IMG/VR virus record: IMGVR_UViG_3300021513_000090
Strand: one strand, 5' to 3'
Length of the DNA stretch: 31,982 bases
Source of the DNA: a virus
Below are positions 7,953-16,957 of the stretch, piece after piece. The notes under the pieces are model-generated. The model saw only the letters and a list, made by a program, of their open reading frames with translations, had not been told where the DNA came from and searched no databases. A program made the translations under genes and the position numbers. Each line of letters starts with the position of its first letter. Within the stretch, counting starts at the first letter, position 1.

Positions 7953-10900
7953 TCAATCGATTGTGTACTTGTCACCCACTTTTTTAATAGGTTTTTCGCG
8001 CAATCGGAACATGTTTATGTTATCGTCGATCACCTGTTCGACAATTTCGGTGGTGAGCCCATCTGGCACGTCCATGCCTTTTAGCTCCAATAAGACGTGC
8101 ATTGGGCTGAATTCTCTAAGCCCCTTACTGTAACCGAGGTAGAAAATACGTGACCTGATGGCATTAACAAGTTTCTGTGATTCTGTATCCGAAAAATCAC
8201 CGACACGAACAACACGCTTTTTTCTAGCTGTTGTGTTTACTTCGTTTTCATCTCTTTTCCTATTAAATTCAACAAATAAGGGAAATGCGTGTTGTTCGTG
8301 TAAAGAAGAAATGTCCTTTTTCTCGGTACCAGACAAGTTGTCTCTTACCTTTATGAATCTCCATCCCCTCATTTTTTTACCATTTTCATCAAAAAGATTC
8401 TCTGTGTAGTCCAATCCAGGTTTTGACATCATCTGCGACGTAAAAACCCTTCTTGTTTGTATTTTAGCCGTAGTGTTTCCATCTTCACAATATTTTAGAT
8501 ACCGTTTATATATTTCATTTCCACCGATCTGATCATCCTCGTCTGTTGTTACGGTGACCATGTCCATAAAAAACGATTCAATTGAATCCGCACCTTTGAT
8601 GTACATTCTCTCCACTTTTTTATAATCATCTGTGGTAAGGATGGTTCTATCTTCTTTGATGCGCTGCACACCATCGAGAGCATGATTCAGTATCCCAGAA
8701 AGTTCTTCTTTCGTGGTTAGCTTTTTAAACATGCCACGATCTTCTTTTTTACCAATGAACGTCTGTTTAAATTCCAAAAGCACTACCCGCCTCCAGAACG
8801 CGAGCGTTTTGTCCCTCGTTTGTGGCAGTTCATTCGCCGCATATATCAGTTTAGCGTGATTTACAAACGTAAACGGCTGTCCGTATTTCTTTTGAGCCTG
8901 TATTATATCTGTTCCTGACGATAGTGACTTCAGGTGACCTGTCTGGTACAATTCCTTGCTCGATAGATCACCAACCACATTAGCCAGCTTTCCATACAAC
9001 TCAGCTGGTAGGAACGGATCATCGAGCCGCTGTAGTTCTACTCCTGATATGTTTTGGTGCCCTAAAAATTCTTTTAAGACATCTAACAACGTGCCCTTTC
9101 CGTTTGCACCTGAGCCGTGAAACATAAACCATTTCTGGATGTGATAATCACGTATCAAACAATAACCGAACAGATCGATGACCCTGATCCGGTCATCCTC
9201 ATCTGGTAGCACTTCTGATAAAAAATTATCAAACACAGGACATTTTGCCCCTGGATCATATCTAATCGATACCTGTGTGGTTGAATAATAATCCGGTGTA
9301 TGTGGCATGAGTTTACGTGTGGCGATATTAAGGAGTCCGTTCCCGATGTTGATGATGTTCTCGTCCGCATCGATCTCGTCACGGTCCACATAAGTCAGTC
9401 GCTGGATGTGTCCAATTACCTCAGCGACAGAGTTCCTTGTGACTTTGACCCCTTCCATGATGTTCTCAAGCATCCTCTTGATGTAAACCTCTCCTCTGGG
9501 CTTGTACACGCCACCATCATAGTAAAAAACCTCTTCCGTGTCGGTTAGGGTGATGAAACGTTCACCAGATTCGTTGATAACCCAGCGTGCGAACGCATTC
9601 GGGTCAAACCCGATCACCTTGCCTGTGGTCTCATTGTAAGTTATAAAACTGTCCCCATCCACGTCCCATTTCTTCTTTTTTAGTGTTTTAACCGCATTGA
9701 TTATTTCACTGACAACGTGATCATCGAGTTGGTAATGCCGTGCCACTGCCGACTGTATGAACGCCATCCGTTCGACCGGTTCCATCGCAGCCAGTTCTTT
9801 GACAACAAATGATCTCGCTGCCCGTGCGCTGTCGGTAACGCTGGTCGGGACCTCCTGCTGTGTGAGTTTCATGTCCCAGACCGACATACCTTCGTCACAC
9901 AATTGTTTAAATTCCTCGAAAGTATGTGTGCGAAGATACTCGGCGATGTCCATCTTCTCATCGCCGTTTTCAACCGGCAGCCTAACGACCTTTGTGTTTA
10001 CTCCGTTAACTGTGAGATACTCGGCGGTCTGTATTGATCCCTTGATGCCAGCAGCGTCGGTGTCGTTGCATACAAACACCTCCTTGAACCGCTTCGCGAT
10101 CTTGAGGAGCCTCATACAGTCCGCTTTTCTGAACTTGGTCGTGACCGGGCTGATGCACGCCATCCCTCCGTTCAGCACGGCTATACAATCGGTAACCCCC
10201 TCCGTGATAACAAGCCGGTCATTCACGCCCCTGGTCGAGTCCATACCATACAGGTAACGGTTCTCAACCTGTGGACTGATGTAATCGTTTTTGGGATCGT
10301 TTGTTTTGAGTTTTTTGTATTTCCCTGACTCGTATTTGTTTTTAGGAGTCCATTTTGACTGCCTTGCGATAAAATACACAACATGACCGTTGTACCAGTA
10401 TGGGAATATGATCCTCCCGATAAACTGGTCCATCCATCCTCGTGACGTGCGTCTCACGAGACCGGATTTTTCAACGAGTGTATGATCGAAGACCTTCACC
10501 ATTTCTCTGTATAACGCATCCCCTGTGGTCTTGGATATGCCGATCTTCAGCTCGTCTATAGTATCATCCGTGATACCCCATTTGTCCCGTATAGCGGCTC
10601 TATGGACGTCCAGCAGGTTACTGTGATAATACTCTGCAGCAGCCGTGTAGAGTGTCCGTATCTCCTGCAGTTCAATCCGTGCCTCTATGTCGCCTCTATC
10701 GATCTCGATACCCGCCTTATGTGCAGCGATCTCCAGCACCTGTTGGAACTGTGTCCTGATATCGAGATCGTTCGCATCAGCGATCCAGTCCAGCACGTCC
10801 CCGCCGGCGCCACAGTTCCAACACTTCCAGACCTGCTTCTTCTTGTTAACATTCAGGCTGCGCCCAGACTTGCTCTCGTGTTTTGGATGCTTTCCTACCC

Positions 10901-11003
10901 ATTCATCACCGATTTGTGTTAGGTCAACAGTCTCCTGCACGACCTCAACAATGTCGAGTTTGTCTTTTATTTCATCAATAGTTGTGTCACGATGATCTAA
11001 CAT
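7953..11003 (-). CDS. DnaG-type primase (Zn finger + TOPRIM) fused to D5/P4-like SF3 helicase
   Basis: HPKH...WKCWNCGAGGD Zn-finger region; ITEGVTD and NDTDAAG TOPRIM motifs; D5_N-like region; Walker A GSGANGKG; GAGGTCGT RBS. Confidence 0.9.
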   Translation of the reverse strand: MLDHRDTTIDEIKDKLDIVEVVQETVDLTQIGDEWVGKHPKHESKSGRSLNVNKKKQVWKCWNCGAGGDVLDWIADANDLDIRTQFQQVLEIAAHKAGIEIDRGDIEARIELQEIRTLYTAAAEYYHSNLLDVHRAAIRDKWGITDDTIDELKIGISKTTGDALYREMVKVFDHTLVEKSGLVRRTSRGWMDQFIGRIIFPYWYNGHVVYFIARQSKWTPKNKYESGKYKKLKTNDPKNDYISPQVENRYLYGMDSTRGVNDRLVITEGVTDCIAVLNGGMACISPVTTKFRKADCMRLLKIAKRFKEVFVCNDTDAAGIKGSIQTAEYLTVNGVNTKVVRLPVENGDEKMDIAEYLRTHTFEEFKQLCDEGMSVWDMKLTQQEVPTSVTDSARAARSFVVKELAAMEPVERMAFIQSAVARHYQLDDHVVSEIINAVKTLKKKKWDVDGDSFITYNETTGKVIGFDPNAFARWVINESGERFITLTDTEEVFYYDGGVYKPRGEVYIKRMLENIMEGVKVTRNSVAEVIGHIQRLTYVDRDEIDADENIINIGNGLLNIATRKLMPHTPDYYSTTQVSIRYDPGAKCPVFDNFLSEVLPDEDDRIRVIDLFGYCLIRDYHIQKWFMFHGSGANGKGTLLDVLKEFLGHQNISGVELQRLDDPFLPAELYGKLANVVGDLSSKELYQTGHLKSLSSGTDIIQAQKKYGQPFTFVNHAKLIYAANELPQTRDKTLAFWRRVVLLEFKQTFIGKKEDRGMFKKLTTKEELSGILNHALDGVQRIKEDRTILTTDDYKKVERMYIKGADSIESFFMDMVTVTTDEDDQIGGNEIYKRYLKYCEDGNTTAKIQTRRVFTSQMMSKPGLDYTENLFDENGKKMRGWRFIKVRDNLSGTEKKDISSLHEQHAFPLFVEFNRKRDENEVNTTARKKRVVRVGDFSDTESQKLVNAIRSRIFYLGYSKGLREFSPMHVLLELKGMDVPDGLTTEIVEQVIDDNINMFRLREKPIKKVGDKYTID

Positions 11004-11225
11004 GCACGACCTCTATCCGTTTATGATGTTCGGAGCGGCGGCTATATGTGTTTCCTTTCGTGTTCCTTCACCACCGATGTTCATGGTTTCGCGATCCTTC
11101 GTCACCATCACCACCGTCCGCAGTGGTGAAGGACCGGCGGCGATCCACCGCCGGCGAGATCAAAAGAGATCGCGTTAACATCTCTAAAACGAATGTACTT
11201 AAATGTTGTGCGCATTATCACCACT

Positions 11226-11888
11226 ATGGTTGTGATCATCCTTCCAACGAAAAACGAGGCAGCATCGATCCACACTGTCATTACAGACATCAGGAACGTT
11301 TTCAACAGACGGATAATCGTGGTTGATGGTCATTCAGTAGATGGTACTCGCAAGATAGCACGTAAGTTGGGAGCCGATGTGATACTCGATCATGGTAAAG
11401 GCAAGGGTGACGCGCTCCGGACTGCGTTTGATTATGTTTTCGAGTATTCCAATGAAAGCGTTGTTTTCGTTGACGCTGATGGGAGCTACCCGGTTGATCG
11501 GATACCGGATTTGGTCAACGCGCTCAAAGATTGTGATATGGTGATCGGTGATCGGGTTGAATTCGCACCGGGATCATTATCATTTCTCTTCAGATTAGGT
11601 GACTGGGTATCCAGAGCATTGTTCAGACTCCTCTACGGGCGAAAGCTCGATAACCTGTCCGGTTTCCGTGGTATGACCCGCAGCGCAATAGAGAAGATGA
11701 ATCTCACAGAAGATGGTTTTGGCATCGAAACAGAAATCACAGCAAAGGCTGCGCGATTGGGTCTGCGGATAAAAAGTGTCCCGATAGAGTATTGGAAGCG
11801 CGATGGTAGATCGAAGTTCCGACCGGTCAGGGATGGTCTCACGGTCTTGCGGGCGATGATCCGGTACCGCTGGTGGAAGCCCGATTAA
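11226..11888 (+). CDS. GT2 glycosyltransferase (polyprenyl-phosphate glycosyltransferase, DPM1-like)
   Basis: VIILPTKNEA, VVDGHSVDGT, GKGDAL, FVDADGSY, DNLSGFR, FGIETEI; ATG 11226 gives the canonical N-terminus. Confidence 0.9.
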   Translation: MVVIILPTKNEAASIHTVITDIRNVFNRRIIVVDGHSVDGTRKIARKLGADVILDHGKGKGDALRTAFDYVFEYSNESVVFVDADGSYPVDRIPDLVNALKDCDMVIGDRVEFAPGSLSFLFRLGDWVSRALFRLLYGRKLDNLSGFRGMTRSAIEKMNLTEDGFGIETEITAKAARLGLRIKSVPIEYWKRDGRSKFRPVRDGLTVLRAMIRYRWWKPD

Positions 11889-12468
11889 TTTTTTCCTCGA
11901 TCTCTTTTTTGATGGTGGAATATGCGTTCGTTTCTGTGAACTTGATGTGTGATATGTACATCCCGTCACCATTCAGGTTCGTTGGCACCCAGATGAAATC
12001 TGATGAGCGTTTGGTGTATGCTCGTGTTGCTGCAACCATCGACATCTCAAACCCGTTTATTGTTCGTCCGCGCAATTGGTATAGGTCGAAACTCAATAAG
12101 ACACGAGTGACTTTCTTCGATTTGTTGTATATTTTACGGGCGACGAATTCGTTTACAATATCTGGTATCGCCGATTTTTTTACATTGTACAACAAGCCGA
12201 GAAACCTCACGTCGCTGAATGGTCTGTCCACGATCCTGCTGTTCCATTTAATCAACAGGTTCATAACATCGTCTGCTGAAAGGTCACACGTACCGAGTTT
12301 TATCTGCTCTGGTCCGTACCACAAGGTTGCTTTACCGGAATCGAAATCGGTTTCGATGGTGTAGAAGAGAACCTTTAGTTTTGGGTAGTGCCCTCTCAAC
12401 TTGATATTCTGCTGGCTCAACCGTTCTTCAATATTCTTCCCGAATGTTGTTTTGTCTTCAGATGACAT
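11839..12468 (-). CDS. Hypothetical protein, last gene of the JAB3-JAB2 operon
   Basis: 209-aa ORF starting 3 nt after the JAB2 stop; no recognised motif. Confidence 0.6.
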   Translation of the reverse strand: MSSEDKTTFGKNIEERLSQQNIKLRGHYPKLKVLFYTIETDFDSGKATLWYGPEQIKLGTCDLSADDVMNLLIKWNSRIVDRPFSDVRFLGLLYNVKKSAIPDIVNEFVARKIYNKSKKVTRVLLSFDLYQLRGRTINGFEMSMVAATRAYTKRSSDFIWVPTNLNGDGMYISHIKFTETNAYSTIKKEIEEKINRASTSGTGSSPARP

Positions 12469-12471
12469 ATT

Positions 12472-13200
12472 TTAACACCACTGCACCACAATGCTGAAAG
12501 AACGCTTTAAATATTCTATCTGCTTATAGAATTGTCGGCGCTGTGTAGCGTCATCATATACAGGAATTACCCCCACATGTGCCGACACATTGGCTCCTTG
12601 TGAATCGGATGGTACCTTCCACATGCAAACAGCGCCTTTTGCTCCCTCCCAAATATCCCCCGGATATGGATCGATCTTTTGTTCCATTTTGTACTTCACC
12701 AAACTGCTATCGAATGATCCGTAACCAACTATCACGTCTCTATCCCCGACTTTACCACCTATGAAATCAACTATGCTCTCACCACGAAGTTGATTATTGA
12801 TATCGGCTGCAGATGGGAGGGGCAGCATGAACGGATGTGTGTGGTATGATCCGATTGGATTGCCGCCTGCCTCAATACATGTGGTCTTTGAGATGGTGAC
12901 ATGTGTACCTGAAGACTCCTGTCTGCGACAGTCTGTTAGTTTCGCACCGTTCTCACCCAGATAGCAGACTGTGCAACCGTACTCGGAAAACCATTTATTC
13001 ACTTCTTCAAAAGGCATTATTTTTTGGTATGTTCCCTCTCGTTTTTTCACAATATCGATTACTGACTTGAGATCGACTACCCAATCCCGAATTTCCTCGT
13101 ACGCTGGAACATTGTCAGCGATCATCTGACACATCGGGTCTTCAAGTTCGTCCAGAATGCCGAGAAGAAGATTTTTCGGAGAAATCTCTTCCTCCGTCAT
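12472..13200 (-). CDS. JAB/MPN+ (JAMM) metalloprotease-like protein, paralog 2
   Basis: EYGCTVC; GSYHTHPFMLPLPSAAD; ATG 13200 overlaps the paralog 3 stop (TGATG). Confidence 0.75.
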   Translation of the reverse strand: MTEEEISPKNLLLGILDELEDPMCQMIADNVPAYEEIRDWVVDLKSVIDIVKKREGTYQKIMPFEEVNKWFSEYGCTVCYLGENGAKLTDCRRQESSGTHVTISKTTCIEAGGNPIGSYHTHPFMLPLPSAADINNQLRGESIVDFIGGKVGDRDVIVGYGSFDSSLVKYKMEQKIDPYPGDIWEGAKGAVCMWKVPSDSQGANVSAHVGVIPVYDDATQRRQFYKQIEYLKRSFSIVVQWC

Positions 13201-14030
13201 CAGCACCACCGAATTATAACATCAAAAACATTCGATAGAGCAGTTACCTGTTCAGCGAACCCCACACGCTGCACATCTTCAGAATACACCGAAAGTTCAT
13301 CCACCTCGCCTTCGCTCTCGTAATTATCCCAAAACACGTCAGGTATCTCTCCTGACTCCAGCTCCTCCCTGAATTCTGCGCGTTCGTCTTCGTCATACAT
13401 ATCAGAAGAGAAAATGTAGTCGAAGTCTTCCAGTAGGTCTGATGCCATCGGACCCGGATTCTCCCGGTAGAATCTGATGACACCGATGGGCTCTCCTGGC
13501 ATATCTCCCCACACTGTCCCACCAGGTCTAAAAATAGACATTGCTGCAAGGTGTCCGTATCGCATCTCGCTCGTCGGTCGCGGTGTGTAACCAACAATCA
13601 CATCCCTGCCACCGACCTTACCCCCGATAAAATCATAAGATGTCTTCCAGTTGAAGCCGCATAAGAGATCATCGTGACTCGGTATCGGCAGTCCAGTTGG
13701 ATGTGTGTGGAAAGTCCCAACGCGTCTCCCCCCCTGGTGCACACAATCAATGATATCGATGGTACATCCAGCAGCGGTGTGTCCAGTATCGCAATCGGTT
13801 AGTCGATATGCCTCACCGATCTTACATATCGTGCACCCGTGCTCTGCGAGATATTTCTCTGCCTCAAACATATCCATCATTCGATAAGACTGTGCTTCAT
13901 CATCCATGTCTGGAGTAATAATCCAATCTTCGATCTCTTTATTCGGTACACAATGCCGCTCGATTCGATCACACATAGCATCCTTCATGGTGTTGAGGAT
14001 GTGTTCGAGTATCTCCAGCCGTGAAACCAT
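13200..14030 (-). CDS. JAB/MPN+ (JAMM) metalloprotease-like protein, paralog 3, with acidic insertion
   Basis: EHGCTIC; GTFHTHPTGLPIPSHDD; start ATG 14030 (GTG 14048 also possible). Confidence 0.75.
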   Translation of the reverse strand: MVSRLEILEHILNTMKDAMCDRIERHCVPNKEIEDWIITPDMDDEAQSYRMMDMFEAEKYLAEHGCTICKIGEAYRLTDCDTGHTAAGCTIDIIDCVHQGGRRVGTFHTHPTGLPIPSHDDLLCGFNWKTSYDFIGGKVGGRDVIVGYTPRPTSEMRYGHLAAMSIFRPGGTVWGDMPGEPIGVIRFYRENPGPMASDLLEDFDYIFSSDMYDEDERAEFREELESGEIPDVFWDNYESEGEVDELSVYSEDVQRVGFAEQVTALSNVFDVIIRWC

Positions 14031-14070
14031 GTGTAACCATTTCTGCACCTTCTGGTAAAAACTTTCCTGA

Positions 14071-14085
14071 CCAAAAGTTTATATA
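14071..14085 (+). promoter_or_regulatory. BRE-TATA promoter in divergent intergenic region
   Basis: CCAAAAG-TTTATATA upstream of the 14164 operon. Confidence 0.5.
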
Positions 14086-14163
14086 CCATTGATGATGATG
14101 ATAGCATTGGTGATACATTATGACCACTAAACCAAAACCAAGAATACCGGAGGCGTTGTCTCT

Positions 14164-14355
14164 ATGACGGTCAGTCTCAGCGCCCATATCAGTCAATCCT
14201 CGCGGGATAAGTTGAGATTGTACCAGGAAGTACATGGTTTCCGCAATGTGTCAGATGCTCTTGAAAACATACTGACAGAGATGCCGGTGCCAAATAGAAG
14301 GAATAGGGCTATGAATGACCCTAACCAGACAAAACTTCCTGGGGGTATAGAATGA
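14164..14355 (+). CDS. Small ribbon-helix-helix-like DNA-binding protein
   Basis: GGAGG RBS; VSLSAHIS strand followed by two helices (SRDKLRLYQE, NVSDALENIL). Confidence 0.5.
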   Translation: MTVSLSAHISQSSRDKLRLYQEVHGFRNVSDALENILTEMPVPNRRNRAMNDPNQTKLPGGIE

Positions 14356-15089
14356 AATTAGAAGCTGTGATCGAAGCACGCACCCTAAACGCGGTGTTGA
14401 AAGCCGTGCAGAGTGTCAGTCGTGAATGTGCCCTCGGCGTATGGTCTGATGGATTACATACTAGGGCGGTTGACCCCTCTATCGCTACGATGGTTGATGT
14501 GGAGATACCGGCAAGCGCGTTTCTGGAATATAGCGCAGATGAAGGTACGATCGGTATCAACGTCGACGCTCTTGCCGGGAAAACAAACACCTTCTCTGCC
14601 GGGGATGAGGTGAGCATCGTTTGGGATGATATCAACAAGAAAATAAACATCTCGTGTGACGGTGCCAAATGGGGTGTACGTGCAATCGATGCTAACACCG
14701 TGCGAAAACCTCCTGAAATGCCGAACTTGGATTTGCCGCTCAACGTTGAAATTGACGCAGAAAGGTTTAAACGTATGTTGAAGAGGGCAGGGATGGTCAG
14801 TGAGTACATAACCATCGGGTTCGACGCGGATAAACTCTCTGAAGATACCTTCTATATATCAGCAATAGGAGAGATAGACGACTTCCGGGAAGATGTATCA
14901 GGCGCAGATATCACAATCAATGCAGCTGCCCCTCTTGAGACATTGTACACATACGAGATGATGTCATCTCTCGCAAAGAACTTCAGCGGTCTGGTACGTA
15001 TCCGTCTCGGCAGGGATCTCCCTATTGTATTCGACCTCAACATCGGTGTGCCGGTTACATTCCTCCTGGCACCACGGCTTGAGAGGTAA
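14352..15089 (+). CDS. pcn: PCNA, DNA polymerase sliding clamp
   Basis: 245 aa; RAVDPSIATMVDVEIPASAFLEY, IGINVDAL, LGRDLPI and FLLAPR, typical of archaeal PCNA. Confidence 0.92.
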   Translation: MKLEAVIEARTLNAVLKAVQSVSRECALGVWSDGLHTRAVDPSIATMVDVEIPASAFLEYSADEGTIGINVDALAGKTNTFSAGDEVSIVWDDINKKINISCDGAKWGVRAIDANTVRKPPEMPNLDLPLNVEIDAERFKRMLKRAGMVSEYITIGFDADKLSEDTFYISAIGEIDDFREDVSGADITINAAAPLETLYTYEMMSSLAKNFSGLVRIRLGRDLPIVFDLNIGVPVTFLLAPRLER

Positions 15090-15095
15090 TGTACA

Positions 15096-15698
15096 ATGCC
15101 AGAAAAATACGTGCATAAAATCCCTGCTGAAATCGTATCTGATGCCGCGACATACGCAGCATATCTGCTACGCGACACTGCCGAACAGGGATTCAAACCT
15201 CGTTTCGGAGGAGACTTGTGCAGTCACATAATCGGTAAAATCGGCGAGCTGCTCTTCATGGATGAACTGATTGAATCTGACATAGACGTCGGAGCAACGC
15301 CGTTTCGTGCACATTATGAACACCTGCACCCGACAGACGATTTCGTGTTGAACGTGGATGGTGATGAAATCCAGGTCGAGATCAAGACCGCGAATGTTTT
15401 AAAACCGCTTGATGACATAGCAAGCGGTTTTAAATTTTTCCTAAACGCTGCACAGGCTCGAAAGCAGCCGTCGTCAGGTCACGCCGATGGCGACAGGTTG
15501 TACAACTGGGATTGGGTCGTTTGTATCTTCGTGAACCTGACCGACCTCACCTATCGCATCATGGGGTGTGTCGAGGTTGATCATGTTGATGTGTATCCGA
15601 TTGCCGGCAGCCGGCAGAGCAGGCACTACGAGATACCGATTGAGTTTCTGCTGCCAATACAATGCATCTGGGAGGATTGCCCATGGAAGGATCAGTGA
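15096..15698 (+). CDS. Putative PD-(D/E)xK nuclease
   Basis: GKIGELLF helix followed by TDD...VEIKT spacing. Confidence 0.45.
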   Translation: MPEKYVHKIPAEIVSDAATYAAYLLRDTAEQGFKPRFGGDLCSHIIGKIGELLFMDELIESDIDVGATPFRAHYEHLHPTDDFVLNVDGDEIQVEIKTANVLKPLDDIASGFKFFLNAAQARKQPSSGHADGDRLYNWDWVVCIFVNLTDLTYRIMGCVEVDHVDVYPIAGSRQSRHYEIPIEFLLPIQCIWEDCPWKDQ

Positions 15699-16078
15699 AG
15701 ATCGAATGTGATGATCATGTCCCCCATGTGATGTATGCGAACTCACACTGGTTCTTCGCCTACATTGATATAGGTTCGTCTGATCTGGTACACTTCATCA
15801 CCCTACCTCCGGGTGAGAAGAACCCACGCCCCACATTTCGCGCTGGTGATAGAATCCGCGTGGATGGCGATCTCTACACAGTGATGAACTATCAGCTCGT
15901 GGTGTTTCCACGGGTATCCCCCGACCCGGATCAACCGTCCCCTCCAACATCTACATTTGTATTCGTGTACCGGGTCGCCCCTGTATCGGACACAAGTGAC
16001 ACAGAGCGGTGGATTGAGGTACCCGGGGAAGCTTACCGTATGCCGGATAACGACTCCCGTATAATTGAATCGGTATAA
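15683..16078 (+). CDS. Hypothetical protein (paralog of next gene)
   Basis: GGAGG RBS, MEGSVKIE start; shares TFxxGDxxRxDGxxYT with 16104..16640. Confidence 0.6.
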   Translation: MEGSVKIECDDHVPHVMYANSHWFFAYIDIGSSDLVHFITLPPGEKNPRPTFRAGDRIRVDGDLYTVMNYQLVVFPRVSPDPDQPSPPTSTFVFVYRVAPVSDTSDTERWIEVPGEAYRMPDNDSRIIESV

Positions 16079-16103
16079 AAGCGTGTATTTTGGAGGATTG
16101 CCT

Positions 16104-16640
16104 ATGGAAAGACGCGTAAAAATAGAATATCAGAATCGTGGGTCTTATCGTACCGATCGGGGCACAATTGTAAAGACAACGATAATTCGATCAATCTGCC
16201 CCGATCAATGCTGGGAGATCGATCCCGACCGGACAGTGTTGACCCAGTACATCGCACGACATCCAGACGCAATCTCAACCACCGAGACTTTCGCGGTTGG
16301 TGATATTGTGAGGATTGATGGAATAGTGTATACGATCAAAGACACGCTCTCCGGATATTTCGGAGTAGGTGATGGTGAGTGGTATGTGAGCTCCATCTGC
16401 TATTACCTGGAACCACTCCCACCTGATACAGTAATGGAGGGTATAATAGGGTGGAAACTCATGCCAGGCAATATTATCGAGCCAATGGCTGTTCCCGCCC
16501 CAACAACAAAGGCTTTATACAATCAGAGAGTCAGGAAGAAGGACGAGGTGTACGACATCGACGCTGAATTGGAGGAAGCCCGACACCGGTTCTGGTTGGT
16601 TGTAACCGAGCTGGGAAAAATCCGCAGGAGAAAACCATGA
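16104..16640 (+). CDS. Hypothetical protein (paralog of previous gene)
   Basis: GGAGG RBS, MERRVKIE start; TFAVGDIVRIDGIVYT. Confidence 0.6.
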   Translation: MERRVKIEYQNRGSYRTDRGTIVKTTIIRSICPDQCWEIDPDRTVLTQYIARHPDAISTTETFAVGDIVRIDGIVYTIKDTLSGYFGVGDGEWYVSSICYYLEPLPPDTVMEGIIGWKLMPGNIIEPMAVPAPTTKALYNQRVRKKDEVYDIDAELEEARHRFWLVVTELGKIRRRKP

Positions 16641-16954
16641 CTGAAGATAAAAACAATGTCGACGAGATGGAGGAGAAATTAGAACATCTCCTAAGGGAAC
16701 GGATTACCGATCTCACAAAAACAGCATCGCTCCTCGGATCATGGATGTCTGATCAGAGGTTGACACTAGCTGAACAGCTTACCGTGGTCGAGTTGTTACG
16801 TGCATCGCTGTTGGTGAACTACATGGAGAGGGTGCGAACGAGCAGTGTGGAGAAGTTCGTGAGCGAGCATCCGAACTTAAGGGTTGTTGTGGTCGATGGT
16901 TCAAAAAAACCATCATCGACGCCGCCCCGCACATTCAAACCGAGTGAGAGTTGA
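16637..16954 (+). CDS. Hypothetical helical protein
   Basis: ATGA-coupled ORF within the operon. Confidence 0.6.
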   Translation: MTEDKNNVDEMEEKLEHLLRERITDLTKTASLLGSWMSDQRLTLAEQLTVVELLRASLLVNYMERVRTSSVEKFVSEHPNLRVVVVDGSKKPSSTPPRTFKPSES

Positions 16955-16957
16955 AAT

